Source: Rhizophagus irregularis (Eukaryota). From it: a stretch of DNA of 64,000 nucleotides. The notes under the pieces were generated by a model. The model was not told the DNA's origin, searched no databases, and saw only the letters and a list, made by a program, of their open reading frames with translations. Position 1 is the stretch's first letter; each line of letters starts with the position of its first letter. Shown piece after piece: positions 1 to 13,572 of this stretch. The DNA lies in assembly GCF_026210795.1 (NCBI RefSeq), contig NC_089431.1:930001-994000 (forward strand). The letters are read 5' to 3'. Position numbers and translations under genes: made by a program.

Positions 1-807
1 TATCTACTGCTGCTCAAGAAGCTAAAAATCCACAAAGAGATTTACCTATTGGAATCATTGTGAGTTTAATCATCTGTACTATTTTATACGTGGCAGTTTG
101 CGTTGTCTTAACAGGGATTGTTCATTATCCCGAGTTGAATGATCCAGCTCCCGTAACTGTTGCGATTAATGCGATGGGAATGAGTTGGTTAGGAGTTATT
201 GTAGATTTTGGTGCTCTCGCTGGATTATTATCTGGTATACTTGTTTTTCTCATGGGACAAACACGTATTTTTTATGCAATGGCAAAGTAAGTTCTCATGT
301 TACGTGACCTTTTTTTGCAATTTATAAACTCACATTCCTTAATCTTTTTCTTTTGAATTTTTTTTTATTTTTTTTAGGGATGGATTATTCTTCCCGACAA
401 TTGCATCAAAGATTCATCCAAAGTATAAAACGCCGCACATTTCAACGGCTGTCACAGGAGTAATCTGTGCAATTATATCATCTCTTCTTCCGATAGGGGT
501 ACTAGCAGAATTAACATCAGTTGGCACTTTATTAGCATTCCTTTTAGTAAATATTGGAGTTTTGGTATTAAGAATTACAGCTCCTAATGCACCAAGAAAA
601 TTTAAAGTTCCGGGAGGACCTTATTTGATTCCTATTATAGGAGCTTTATTAGATTTATTATTATTGTTTACTGCTACTACTGCTAGTTTAATAAGATTAC
701 TTGTTTGGATGTTAATCGGGTTGGTTATTTATTTCCTTTACGGTAGATCACATTCGGTCGCTAATAATAGTAATCAATATATGAAAAATAAAGAATTAAA
801 TGGATGA
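1..807 (+). CDS. Amino-acid permease (APC superfamily, CAT/YhdG-like), 3' part; 5' end outside the window
   Basis: Reads STAAQEAKNPQRDLPIGI...GQTRIFYAMAK. Intron 287-377 (GTAAGT...TAG) joins to DGL, then ELTSVGTLLAF and WMLIGLVIYFLYGRSHS, which are typical CAT-family motifs. Stop TGA at 805-807. Confidence 0.9.
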
Positions 808-1132
808 AATAGAAATATTTTTTAATTTATTTTAACATTATGTAATTCCATGTAATAATGAAATATCAAATAAATTTTATAACTGAGAATGATATTGAAA
901 ACGGGAAAATGTTTTCGAATGAATTATGATGATACTCCAAAACGCGTAATTTAATGATTCATTTTATAATTACCTTATAATCTAAAATACAATCGTTTTT
1001 TAACAAATAAACAAAGTCAGTTCTAACCAAGAAATAATAAAATAAAAGTAGTTCTCAAATTATTACATAAAAAAAAAATATATATATATATTATTAATAT
1101 AATAAAACATTAAATATAAAAATTAATTAAAT

Positions 1133-2809
1133 TTATTTTTTCCAATCTACGCCATACCATCCTTCTTCGCCATTCTCCCAATCCCATTGTTCAAAAGTGC
1201 GATCCACGATCGGTTCTTCAACCCATTCTTCGCCCCAATATCTCAAATTCCAAAATGTAGGATATTTTCTATCTTCTTTATAAACATAATCAACCCGATT
1301 AATAATTGAACGTGCTTTTCTCAATCCTTCACTAGTTACTTGTGAAGGTGATGCATAACTAACATCTAAATGTTGTAAACTATCACCTAAATATTCAGTT
1401 ATAACGCAAAGGTGATTATCACTTATTAAATAACAATCTGGCATATGTAAACTTCTTAATCTAGCTTTACAGTTCTCTAACCCAATTGCAAGTTCGTTTG
1501 CGGAAAAATGCCAATCCGCATTAATTATTAAATGTTCTAAGGTAGGTGGAAGAGCGTGAAAGAAATTTTCTAATAAACTATCAATACGAAGAATGCTTCC
1601 AAAAATTTCTAACTTATTAAGATATCTACTAAAACTTAATAAAGTTAATAAATATGGTAGGTCAGGCCTTTGAACATCTAATGCCAAATCTACAAGGTTC
1701 GGACAATATTTTGTGATTAAATCGATTACTATATTTGGATTATACACATCTTTAATTTCTATTGGTCCTAAATATATTGTAGATAAAGTTGATCCTGCAT
1801 TTTTTATTAAAGCTGCTAAAACATCATCCCTAACAGTAGACTTTTTAAAATTAAGTTTTTCTAACCGATTTAATGAACTAGAAACAAATGGTTCCATTAT
1901 ATTCTCAAGACTTGAACATTCTTCGAATGTTAAAGTCACTAATTTTTTCGATTCTGCCAAAGGTGCTAATGTAACACATTCTATAAAATCTACCTTAAAG
2001 AATTCCACATGAACTAAAGAATTAATTTGACTTTCAAGCAGCGCAGAAATTATGCGACTTGATTTGTTGCAAGTATGAATAACAAAATATTCAAGAGATT
2101 TTTGTCCTTTAATAAGATTTATTAAGGAATCATATTGTTTCTCAGGAACAGATCTATTTCCCGAAGTGCAAACTCGACCTGGACTTACAAATAATGTCTT
2201 GATATTTTTGCAAATTTTAGCAGCTCCCGCGAAAATATCTGCCTTCAAAAAATCTCCAATACATATAAATTGTCGAAGTTTAGATAAACAAATCTCAGAA
2301 CCTTGATGTGAAAAAAAATTAAGATGGTTATTTGGAACCATAACCATTTCACCAGTTTCAATTGATAGTTTATGAAATGCAGATGAATGACTCATAAAAG
2401 AGTAAATTAACAATTTAGATACCAAAGCTACTCTTTCTCGATATACTTCTCCCCATGGTTCATACCATTCAAACCATGCAGCAATCCCATTATATAAATC
2501 TAAATATGAGATTTGTCGTAAGAACGATGGATAATCAAATGTTGGTGGTATTCTATTATCAGTAATTTCCAAAATATCTTTTTCACTATCGGTAAGTACT
2601 TGTGGATCAAGACAATTTATATATGTTTGAACTAATTTAGAGGAAGGAGTTCTACGTGTTAAACGAAAAGGTTGACTCCATAATAAAGATACTACAGTTT
2701 CACACCAGAGTCTATTCACTAAAAGACATGAATGTAGAGTATATCTATCTTCTTCAAAATCCTTGAAAATGAGATGTAAACAATCCGTTGTTAATAAAGG
2801 TGGAGACAT
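1133..2809 (-). CDS. F-box / leucine-rich-repeat (RNI-like) protein, single exon, 558 aa
   Basis: N-terminal F-box-like LTTDCLHLIF...LHSCLLVNRLWCETVVSLLWSQPF, then PTFDYPSFLRQI and LxxLxL repeats, as in the expanded Glomeromycota F-box family. Confidence 0.88.
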   Translation of the reverse strand: MSPPLLTTDCLHLIFKDFEEDRYTLHSCLLVNRLWCETVVSLLWSQPFRLTRRTPSSKLVQTYINCLDPQVLTDSEKDILEITDNRIPPTFDYPSFLRQISYLDLYNGIAAWFEWYEPWGEVYRERVALVSKLLIYSFMSHSSAFHKLSIETGEMVMVPNNHLNFFSHQGSEICLSKLRQFICIGDFLKADIFAGAAKICKNIKTLFVSPGRVCTSGNRSVPEKQYDSLINLIKGQKSLEYFVIHTCNKSSRIISALLESQINSLVHVEFFKVDFIECVTLAPLAESKKLVTLTFEECSSLENIMEPFVSSSLNRLEKLNFKKSTVRDDVLAALIKNAGSTLSTIYLGPIEIKDVYNPNIVIDLITKYCPNLVDLALDVQRPDLPYLLTLLSFSRYLNKLEIFGSILRIDSLLENFFHALPPTLEHLIINADWHFSANELAIGLENCKARLRSLHMPDCYLISDNHLCVITEYLGDSLQHLDVSYASPSQVTSEGLRKARSIINRVDYVYKEDRKYPTFWNLRYWGEEWVEEPIVDRTFEQWDWENGEEGWYGVDWKK

Positions 2810-5111
2810 TTTTTTATTATAAAAAATTTGAAAAAATTTTTTTAGAAAGATAATTTGGAACTATTCTTTTTTTTTTTATGCGGGGTATATATTTTATATT
2901 GTGATTATATCATATGCATAATTTAATAATTTAATTTTTTTTCTTGAAAATTTCATTTCTCGTGACCATCATGACGAAATATTTTAAAACAATTTTCTTT
3001 TTTAAAAAAAAATTTTTGGCTTTTTTGTTTGTAAAAAAGAAAAAATTTTTTTCTTAACGGCAATAACTCCTTTTTCTCCATTGTTTATCTACTTATTGTT
3101 CTTATTGTCACAAAATCTAGTGACGGAAAAATTTTTGAATCAACTATTAATATATCATGCATGAATATTATAGTTCAAAAATAGGATTAAAAAAAGCCTT
3201 TGTCCTCGAATTTATACTAAAGATGGTTGGCTTATCAAATGAATAATGTAATGATCCTGACCGAGATAAGAATTGGTATTCTATAAAAGGAATTAAACCA
3301 AACAAAGATTTTGATCGATTACGACCGAATTTGAATTTCTCGGCCGGAATTAATTCGGACCTATAAATTACAAATTAACAGAGTCCAAATACGGCAACAT
3401 CCTTGTGTTGATCGTCATGATCGATCTTATCGATCATATGATAATAAATCTATACTTCTTTATATATGAAATTTCAAATCATCCCCTACATAGTATTCGC
3501 GCGTATTGAAAATGAACAGTAATTAATAAGGGAATTTCACTGTAAATTACGCATTAAACTATTATTAACTTCATTTTATTTATATTATTGCTAATTAAGA
3601 AAGACACTTAACTCTGTGTAGATATATTCTCTATAAATGCATTTCTTTTAAATGCATGATTCTAAACTTATATGACACTCTTTTTAAGTTCAGGATTTCC
3701 TGTTATAGCATTTATAAAAAGTTAGCTTGTATACATTTAAATTTAATTATTTATTATTATAATTAAGAAATTTACTAGCAACTGTAGATAACTTGCTTGT
3801 ATTTTCAAATAAATGTTTATATGATTATATGATTAAAATAAAAGGTTCAATTTAATATTTAAAAATTTTAAAATTAAATTGGCCACTAGTTTTAGATAAT
3901 ATCATATACCTTCACTTACCTGTAAATAAATAATATATGACTAACTAGCTGTAATTTAATTTAATAAATAAATTTTTTTTAAAGGTAATTATTCCCTTTA
4001 AAATTAATATAATTTACTAAAAATCAAATTATCTCATCAAATTTAATTTAATTTAGAACTATAACATGTAAAACTAATATTATTTAACTTATTTTATTGA
4101 AATAAATTAAATGAGTTATATTTCATTTTTTTACAATTACTAAGTGGCAAGATATCTAATAAAATGTATTTTAATATACAATTAGATTTCTATATACTGA
4201 TATTCTATATACCAATAATTACCTGTATTAATAAATTTTTTATGTCCTGTTAGAATCTCTAGATATAATAATAGAAATTTTATTATATAGATTTAATAAT
4301 TTAGTGTTAAAATTTGATCTATGATTCTTATTATACATGTATGAATATAAAAAATTGACTAAAGTTTAAAGTATAGATTTAAACAAATAATGATTTGTTT
4401 TATTGTATAAATTTACAATAAAATTGATTTTGTATATAAATTTACAATAAATTTTACCTTCATACTTTAGAATTAAAGGGTTTGATGTATAAAACTTATA
4501 AATATACTTTTTATTATATTTTTTTTTATCAATTAATTTAATTATAAATGTAAATTTCAGTAAAAAAAGTAACTAATATAAATAGAAGTAAAGTAATAAA
4601 ATTAAAAAAAAAATTAGTAAACAATAATAATAATTATAATGATAATTATAATAATAATGATAAGAATAATTTTAGTGATGAATTTGAAGAATCTTTAAAC
4701 TAAAATTTAAAATAAGGGCCCTAATAGAGAAGGAAAAAAAAGATAATCTTCAATTTACTAATATTTGAATCATATTTTTTCTACCAAATATAACATCAAA
4801 ACTTTAGCTAATAGAAATTAAAATAATTCAAAACTTTAAAAATTATTGCTTAAATATAAAATTATAAGTAGCTATATATTTGAAATTTAATTAAATAATT
4901 TGAATAAGGTTTTGATATAAGCAAGCATTTATTTTTTTTGTAATTTTATATTTTTTTTATATTTACTAATTTTTTTAAGTATAGAAATAAATTAAATATT
5001 AAATAAGCAATTGATTTTATTGTTAAACTTGAAAAAGTGTAAAATAGAAAACTATATGCAATTTGCTATTTATTTCTGATTCTGAATCAATTTAAAAAAT
5101 ATAAGCTATTG

Positions 5112-6589
5112 CATATGTGCCGATTTTTGGAATTAGTCTAAATTAAGATTTTTATAAAAATTTAATATTTTAGTAAGATTAACATTACACAAATCTAAAT
5201 TAAATATGTGTTACATATTTACGTAACTCAGATTTAATAAAAAATAAAAAAAATTTTTTTAATCAATATTCAAAAATAACGGTAATAACCACTTCTTTTT
5301 CCCCATCACTGCCCATCACTTTTCCATCATTTTTCTATTCACTTTTATTAATTATGACAAAAAAGTTTATAAGCAAATATAGCAGTTATTTTTAAGTGGT
5401 AAGTAAAAGAAAAAACTTAATATTTTATATACATAGATAAGACATATTTTTTCATAATTTTTAGCTTTAATTTATTGTTTTTCTTTGTAAAAAATACATG
5501 CAAATAAAAAATAATTATGATGTAAAATAGTTGTAAAATGAATAATAAGATATTCTTTTTTTTCAAAATAACTAATTATATATTTGTTTTTTATCTTTTA
5601 AAATTATTTTATTAGATTTATTCTATTAAAATCCTTAAATGGCAAATAAAATCTTTTAAATAAAGTAAAAGAATTTGGGATTCTCTTATGAAAGCATTTT
5701 TTGGTAAGAAATAAAATTTTCAGATCGGACTTTATGCAGGTGACAAAATCGTGCATTATTATTCCTGGAGATATGCTAACGTCATCATTTTACATTCATT
5801 TGAAAGCTGAGAATTTGCTCTATCGTAAGAATCAAAGATCAGGAAAATTGGATCACTGGATGAGGCGTAATTAACGATCAAAGTCAAATCAAATTTAAAA
5901 ATTAAAAATAAATATATTAGACATAATTATTCACAATCCAGTGATTCAATTCATTCGATTTTAGGCTTATTAGATAGACCTCAATTTTCTCTTTCAAATG
6001 AATATAATTTCATTCGTGTAGCTTGCATCTACAGGTATTTAATAAATTTTTTTATATCAGATTTTATCAAACTTATAAAATTTTATATTAATAATATAAT
6101 TGATGATTCCTAAACATCTACATATATTAAACGAATTATTTTAAATTTATTTTAAAGATAAAAGTTGGCATCACCTTAGGGAGCAAAGATCATTCAAATT
6201 GAATCACTACATGTGAAGTAATTAACGATCAAATTTAGATAAAATTCAATAAATATACTGAACGTGATTACTGAACAACTAGTGATTCAATTCACTTGAT
6301 TTTAGATTCATTAGATAGATCTCGATTTTCTCTTTCAAATGAATGTAAATTTATTTGTATAGCTTATTTCTACGAAGAATTATCAATAATTTTGTCATGA
6401 GAGTTATATTTAATCTTTTAAATTTTAATGATATCTTATATTAAAAAAAAATTAAAAATTATATAATTAATTAGTTTTTTTTGCATTATCTAGTATAAAT
6501 TTATTATTCTTATATAAATGATAATTTATATTTGCTTTAATAAAATTATTTTTGTGTAAAAAATTAGATTCCAAGAATCGGCCCATATG
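5112..6589. mobile_element. Non-autonomous TIR DNA transposon (~1.48 kb), superfamily unassigned
   Basis: Left end CATATGTGCCGATTTTTGGAAT (5112) is the inverted match of right end ATTCCAAGAATCGGCCCATATG (to 6589). An internal ~70-bp motif occurs at ~5794-5860 (inverted), ~5935-6005 and ~6280-6345. No ORF and no clear TSD. Confidence 0.7.
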
Positions 6590-7078
6590 GTATAAAATTA
6601 GATATACTTATTAATAAAATTTCAAATATTATTTCAACTATTTTTATTGATAATAAATAAGGTTCAATATGATTTAATGAATCATATTAATGATGCAAAT
6701 TTCTTTACATACCAAAAAAAATCTTAGATAATATACAAATTATAAATCTTATATATACAAAATAAAGAAATACCTGCAGGCCTGCTGCAAAAAATAATAC
6801 TAATAATGAAAAGCAAGGTATTAACTTCAAAAGTTTCACTAAAAGAAGTAATTAAAAAGGTAATTCTTTTTTATAAACAACAACCTATTGATAATAATTG
6901 TAAAATAAAAGATTTTAAACTTTTTAGATATTAGTATACTTTAGATTTAAAATTTTATTATATTAGTTTTTTACAATAAAAGTTAATTAAAAATTATTAT
7001 TTTTCTTATAATTAAATACTATTAATATTGTATAATTGATTTTGGAATTTTTATAACAATTAATAATAATTAATATAA

Positions 7079-7457
7079 GGGGACACACGTCAAATGACCA
7101 AAAATAGGCAAAAAAAATGGCGCAAATCGCATAAACTATTCGCAAATTTGTATAAACTATTTACAAATAGTATAGGTTAATTCGTAAATAGCCAAAAACA
7201 GCCAAGAATAGCCAAGAATAGCCAAGAATAGCCACTGCTTTTCGCACCATTTTTTTTGCCGATTTTTAGCATTTTGACCTGTAGAAGTTACACATATCAC
7301 ATAATATTCATTTTATTATAAACCTTACCCCCCCTTGTTAGATTTTATAACCAATCAAATTATAATATTTATAAATCATATGATTTAAATAAGTGTAACG
7401 TAAAATTTTAACTACCTCCTCCTCCCTATAATAATTATGTAATATGTGTAAGCTCCC
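7079..7457. mobile_element. Composite MITE: PIF/Harbinger-like element with a ~200-bp palindromic MITE nested at its left end
   Basis: TAA flanks both sides (7076-7078, 7458-7460). GTTACACATATCACATAAT (~7287) is inverted to ATTATGTAATATGTGTAAGC (~7434-7453). The inner element ~7086-7283 has long imperfect inverted arms (GTCAAATGACCAAAAATAGGCAAAAAAAATGG / CCATTTTTTTTGCCGATTTTTAGCATTTTGAC) and a GCCAAGAATA tandem repeat. Confidence 0.55.
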
Positions 7458-8920
7458 TAATTAAGTTTTAAATTTTAATTTTATAATAAATAATACAATA
7501 AATATTGAAATATGATTTTTTTTGCACTTGCAATATGTTATATCTTCCTTTTTTAATATTAATTATGTCAATTATTTTGATTACATAATTTTATTAAGAT
7601 TTTCTATTTTTTATGGTATGAAACTTTATGCACTTATTATATACTATAAAAAACTTTATACTATACATATTTTTGATTATTTTACAAGTTTTCTTAATAT
7701 ATTAAAAAGTGTTATTTTTACTTTTATATATAACATATTATAGGGGTATAACATAATATAGATGTGATAAAAAAAATAATTTTTTATTATTATTATTATA
7801 TTCAAGGAAATAATGTTTTTTATTTAAAAAAAATACAAAAATCAAATTTATTTTAAATAAATCACATTCTACTTGTTTACAAATATATTTTATAAATTCA
7901 ATAAATATATTAAAATAAATTATTTTATAGGTTTTTATAATATATTTATTATTAAAATTTATAAAAAAAAATTTTTTTATTTATAGTCATATCTTTTTAA
8001 ATGAATTATTCTAAATGTGTAATTATAAAGAAAGTTAACTATATTTTAGTAAATAATAAATTTCAAAATTTTCAGAATTTAAAAGTCAGATTTTTCTGTA
8101 AACTTTTTTTTTGGATTTTTTTCTTAAGTTTTATTGAATTTTTTTTTGGATTTTTTTTTTATATTTCTTTTTTAGATTTTTTTTAATTTTTCTTTGAATT
8201 TCTTTTTTGGATTTCTTTTAAGTTTCTTTTTTTTTTGTTAAAATTTTTTATTTTTTTTTATATTTTACTTTATATTTAATTTTAATTTTACTTTAATTTT
8301 AATTATTTATTAATCTTTTCATTTATTTTATTATTGGTTTTAGTTTATTCTAACTTTGTATATTTTATTTTTAATTTCATTTAATCTTATTTTGATTTTA
8401 TTTTATTTTATCTTTTTATTTCAATTTTAATTATTTTTAACTTCAGTATAGTTATTAAAAGTCTGTAAAAATCATATGAACTATAATATAATATAATGAG
8501 ATTATAGATTTTTCCATTTACAGTAAATGTATTTTAGATTAAAACTATATATAAATTTTTTAATTTTTTATACATGTGTGAAATCATCTGATTTTAATAA
8601 ATTTATATATTGAAGAGTAAATTAGCAACAGTTATTTTTTTTTAGAGCTTACCCCCTGGGTTAAATAATTTGGGTTAAATCATCCTCTTAAAATTTATAT
8701 TTCACATCAATCATTTTTTTTTTTAAAAAAAAAATTATTTGTATAGTATTATTAATAACCAAGTTTTCTTACATTCTTGATAGTCTTTTGTTTTTGATTG
8801 TGACTATAATTTACATTTTTTTTTGAAAATTTGGGCAAAATTATATAATTATATGAAATTTACTAATAGGTTAAATTACCCAGGTTAAATCATATATATA
8901 TTTTTAGAATTTTTCTAACT

Positions 8921-9038
8921 ATCACCGGGGTGATGATCACCGGTGACTGAAATAACGATGATCGACCAGCATTAAAAAAATATAGTGCCGGTAAAAATTG
9001 ATAATTCCGGCCAACGGTGATGTTCACCCCCGGTGATT
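8921..9038. repeat. Short GC-rich inverted-repeat element (MITE-like)
   Basis: ATCACCGGGGTGATGATCACCG at 8921 is inverted to CGGTGATGTTCACCCCCGGTGAT ending ~9038, in otherwise very AT-rich DNA. Confidence 0.5.
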
Positions 9039-10200
9039 TGAAGTAAAAATCATATTTTTATATGCAAAAAACAAATAAATATAAAAATATATATATTGAT
9101 TATACCAATGTATTCAGTTATAGTCATGTATTATATATTTTTAATGTTACTTTATTTTATTATTTTATATTATTAATAATTGTATTTTTTAAAAAACAAA
9201 ATAATGAATTATTTTCCTTGTTCCACAAGATCACAGTTTGCACCAATCATGCTTCACAAAAAAATAAAGATCAAAATTGAGATGGTACAACGCTCTTGCT
9301 GACATTTATGATACAAAGAACTTATCGAGAATGTGCTTAGTTTAAAGAGCGATAGAAAGCATTAAAGGTTTCTAAGGTAACAGAATATGTAAAAGGATAG
9401 TGGAAATGGATTTTCCTGAATAATCTTTAGGGCAAGACGAACTTATTGAAAGTCGGGACATAAAAGATTCATATTATCGTAAAGTTGCCATGCAAGTGCT
9501 TGGTATATTTTCGTTAATTTGTCCTGCAAACTTTACTCAACACGTCTTTGTTTTAAAGATCTCAACTTGGAAGAGGAATTGTCATGTACTCTACCACCCG
9601 TCATATATTCTCAAAATGTACTACATCAAAGACTACTACGAAGGAACAACCATAATTGTCAGTAGTAAGCTTAGGGACAACAACAAACTCACATGCCGGA
9701 TTTTAAGCGGAGTTATTGATCTTGGTGATTGAAATTAGAGAAAGTATTTTAGATGAAAAGACAAGAATAGTAATCCAACAATTTTATAATTATGATATTA
9801 TTACCACTTAATGGATTCTACACCAAGAGTCCGAATTTTCATACAATCAGAATCCGTACTCAAGGTTTAACTCGACAGACAAAGGAGAAATCTCTTCATG
9901 GGGTAATAATCATACTCAAAATTATCGTTCAGCCAATTAGTAAATTAAAACTCAGCGATATTATATCAAATGAATAAATATATTTATGGCATTATTTATT
10001 TAATTCATTGGATAATATCAAATATGTTGTATCTAAAGTTGGAAGGGAATACTAAGCGCTAGAACATAATAATATTTACAAGTTTAAGTTTAGCATTTTT
10101 ACATCATGTAAACAAAAATAATAAAGTTTCTGATTAACTGAGTGTGTATTTACTGTATATATGTGGATGATTGTGTTGTACAAATTAAAGTTTTTAAAGA

Positions 10201-11600
10201 TCAGTCACTAGATCGGCGATGCTGGAAATAGTGGGTAATAAAGAACAGAAGGCTAACCAGCATACCACCAATGTATCCAATTCCATCATTTTGGAAGCCG
10301 ACCAATAATCCTGCTGTTACGATCACTAGGGTAAAATTCTTCTTTTTTGTCTCATCATCATCATGATCACCTTTTCTCACGAAATTTCGTGCTGCAGATG
10401 ATAATTCTGCTCCAGAAACAAAGAGCATTAAACCGAGAATTGACATGGGAAAATAATTTAAAAGACTAGTTAAAGTCTTTCCAAATAATATCCCAAGAAT
10501 CAATTTAAAAAATCCAAGAATCAAAATGCTAACTTCGGATCTTGCGCCGAAACGGTATTGTCCAGCCAGTCCACCCGATCCATGACAATATGGGGTAGAG
10601 CCGAAAAAACATCCAATAATGTTCATAAGTCCGATGGAAATTGAAATTCTTCCAACAGTATTCAATGAGGAACGTTCCGGGAACAAATCATTAGCTAATG
10701 CTGCTAATGCGATAACAGAATTGAGAGCTGTCAGTGGAAGTTGACCAAGAGATGCACTAAGAAATCCGACTTTAAATTCTTCTAAAGTTGGGACAATAAC
10801 TTCAGGATAATTAAATGAGGCTGATGGTAATATACTGTCAGATCTAAAAACTTTTATTAAGGCGATTATTAGCCCAACAATGAATAGAATTAGTGCTGAC
10901 GGTACTCTTTTTGATGAATAAAATGTGAATACGAATATGAACGATAGAATAGCCCATTCATAATTATCATTCCATTTCCAAGAACTACCACCCCAACCAC
11001 TACTTTTTCGAACCATATCAGCAGCTTTTATTATCAGCGTTACGCCCGCTCCCAATTGAATACCCCTGACAACTGGAATAGGTGTCCATTTTTCGATGAT
11101 TTTAATAGTTCTAGTGATACCAAGAATAAGTATCATTGACCCAACACCAATACCTGCTGACATGATTTCTCCTATTGATAAATTTGCCGATATTGCAACC
11201 GCTGCAATAGCTATATATAGACATTAAGACATTATTAACTTTTTTTTTAAAAAAAAAAGAAAAAAAAGTAAAATTAACGAAATAAATTATCACCTTTCAT
11301 AGGTTGAACGCACATAGGGATTCGAAACATCAAGCCACTAACGATATTCCATAGACCTCCGAATATAAGTGATGAAGTCAAAGAAATTTGTCCATTGATT
11401 GAAAGAGCTACCAAGATTGGAAGTAAGGTGCCCAAATCTCCAAGACTGCCACTCAATTCAGATAGAGAAGTGTTCTTTTTCATATGTAATGTTCTCTCTT
11501 TAACGGATGAGCGAATATAAAGTAAAGGCTCGTTCCAAAAGGAAAAGCCATGGTTCGAATTTGGCGATTCATCAATTTCGACAATTTCATGAGATGGCAT
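10201..11600 (-). CDS. MOT1: Molybdate transporter, MOT1 family; 2 exons (11600-11294, 11210-10201)
   Basis: MOT1 signatures ELSGSLGDLGTLLP, PMCVQPMK|AIAAVA, PIPVVRGIQLGAG, GQLPLTALNSVIA and PYCHGSGGLAGQYRFGARS. GT-AG intron 11293-11211 joins the two ORF-track pieces in frame. Confidence 0.92.
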
Positions 11601-13334
11601 GATTTAAATTTTATTAAGAAATATTTGCGGTCATTTTATCAAAAAATTTTTCCATCTTGTGATGATACACTGTATCCGATTCATAACGGTTTTTGAAGTA
11701 TAGACCAAAAATTTTTTAAATTTAATTGGTTTATCAATATGAACGAAATTTTTGCTGGATCTATTCGGGATAAGATAGTAAACGAATACTGTATTTAAAC
11801 TTTTGTGGATAATATTACATAATAATTATTAAAAATAAATTAAAAAGTTCAATTGTAAATCAGCCAATTGATGCGGATTGTGATTTACTGTACATAATAA
11901 GACTTGATTATCAAAAAAATCTAAACAATAATTATTTTGATTTTTTTCATACACAATCGGATCAACCTTTTGAGAAAGTAAATATTTATGCAGGGATCCA
12001 GACACAGTTTATTATTAGCAAATTTTTCGTAACTCTACTATTGTACTTTAATACTATCGATAACGATAATCTACATTGCATCAAAAAATTTTTTCACTTG
12101 ATATTCCAGAAAACTTGTGATTAAAACTCTATAGTATATATTGATAACGAATTTAATGTTATAATATTGAACATTCAGTACAAAATAATGATGCCAAAGG
12201 AATTTAGAAATTATATTTTAAAAAAGACAATTTGTGTAGTTTATTTTCGTTTACAAAATAATTTTTGAAAAAAAAAAAATCCATACATAGCATATAATGT
12301 ATTTACTAAGTATAGTACAGTACAGTCGTACAGTACTGTACTAAATTGTATTGGTACAGACGCATTGTATATTATTGCTTCTGTTATAATACAGTATATC
12401 TGTCAAGAAAAGATAAAAAAATTAAAACTCATCTAACTTATGTTAACTTCAAATAAACAGTATCATTAACAATTATGGGCGAGGTCGGGGATGGTGGGAA
12501 AATTGTATAGAATAGTAAATATGTTCGAAATTATTGTTGAAAAATAGATCAATTTCAATGGTCAGGTTGATAATTCATAAAACAAGTGTATGATGACGGG
12601 AAAATTTCTCAATTTTTCTCATTACTTCCGAAGCGTAATTATAAACTCTAACAAAATTATGTGAAGTGTTTCCAAAATTTTTTGAAAAAAAAAAAGTTCC
12701 GGGCTATACGAATACGCAAAATAAGGTGCAGTATTTTCGGGTGAAGTGACTTAAACTAATATCCGATTTTTTTTCGTTCCAAGATTCAGAGGATATTATT
12801 TCTTTTATGAAAAACGAACAACGTAAAGCCTTGCTCAGATAAATGGATAGAATTGAAGTCGGGCGGAACGTGACTTTATTTTTACAGAAAAAAGTTCCCA
12901 ATCTATAAAAAAGTTTGGAAAACCTGATTAGAGGTCACGTTAATATATGAGTATATATCTACACGTGCGTAGCACCTCATTCAAGTCTTTCTTGGTCCCA
13001 TGATAATCATTAGCTGGAACTATTATTGGTTTATTTGTGGATGATTAAAAGAGGCAGGAGGTAAAGAAATCACACCCAACGCGAAGCAATGACACTTACG
13101 TGTCTGATTTTAGAATTACAGTATATTTTTGTTTACTACTTTTACATAATTAAATGGTCAAATACAAAATTTTACCTAAAAATATAAATTTCCGTAACGC
13201 TAATAAATTTTTCGGAGGAATTAACATAAAAAATCTTTAAGTTGATATAACCAATATAACCACAACTCAATCTGTTTTAATAAATTTTATAATTGATAAA
13301 GAATTACCTGAAAACAATTACATGAAGTGTAGAG

Positions 13335-13572
13335 TAAGGATGAAAACAAAACCTAATCTTGAAAAAATGAGGGCTAAACCTTTTTCAAATAAATAAAATT
13401 TTTATTATAAATAAGACAATCCTATTTGTTTTTTTAAAAAGAATATATTATGATATATTAGATTAATATCAAATACAAAAAAGGAGAAAATGTTTTGTTA
13501 ATGTTTAGTTTCACCTGGCTAAATTATGCTATAGGGCTAAATTAGGCTAAATAGTTTTTGTTTGCATCTCTA
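13335..13572. mobile_element. hAT-family MITE (238 bp) with 8-bp TSD
   Basis: TIRs TAAGGATGAAAACAAAACCTA / TAGTTTTTGTTTGCATCTCTA. The identical 8-mer GTGTAGAG flanks both ends (13327-13334 and 13573-13580). Internal GGCTAAA subterminal motifs. Confidence 0.85.

Noticed and set aside
7522..9280. Short F/I/K/Y-rich ORFs (also at 13752, 14907, 15970, 44504, 50681, 55211)
   Set aside because: The composition simply reflects AT-rich DNA; there are no motifs or supporting splice structure.
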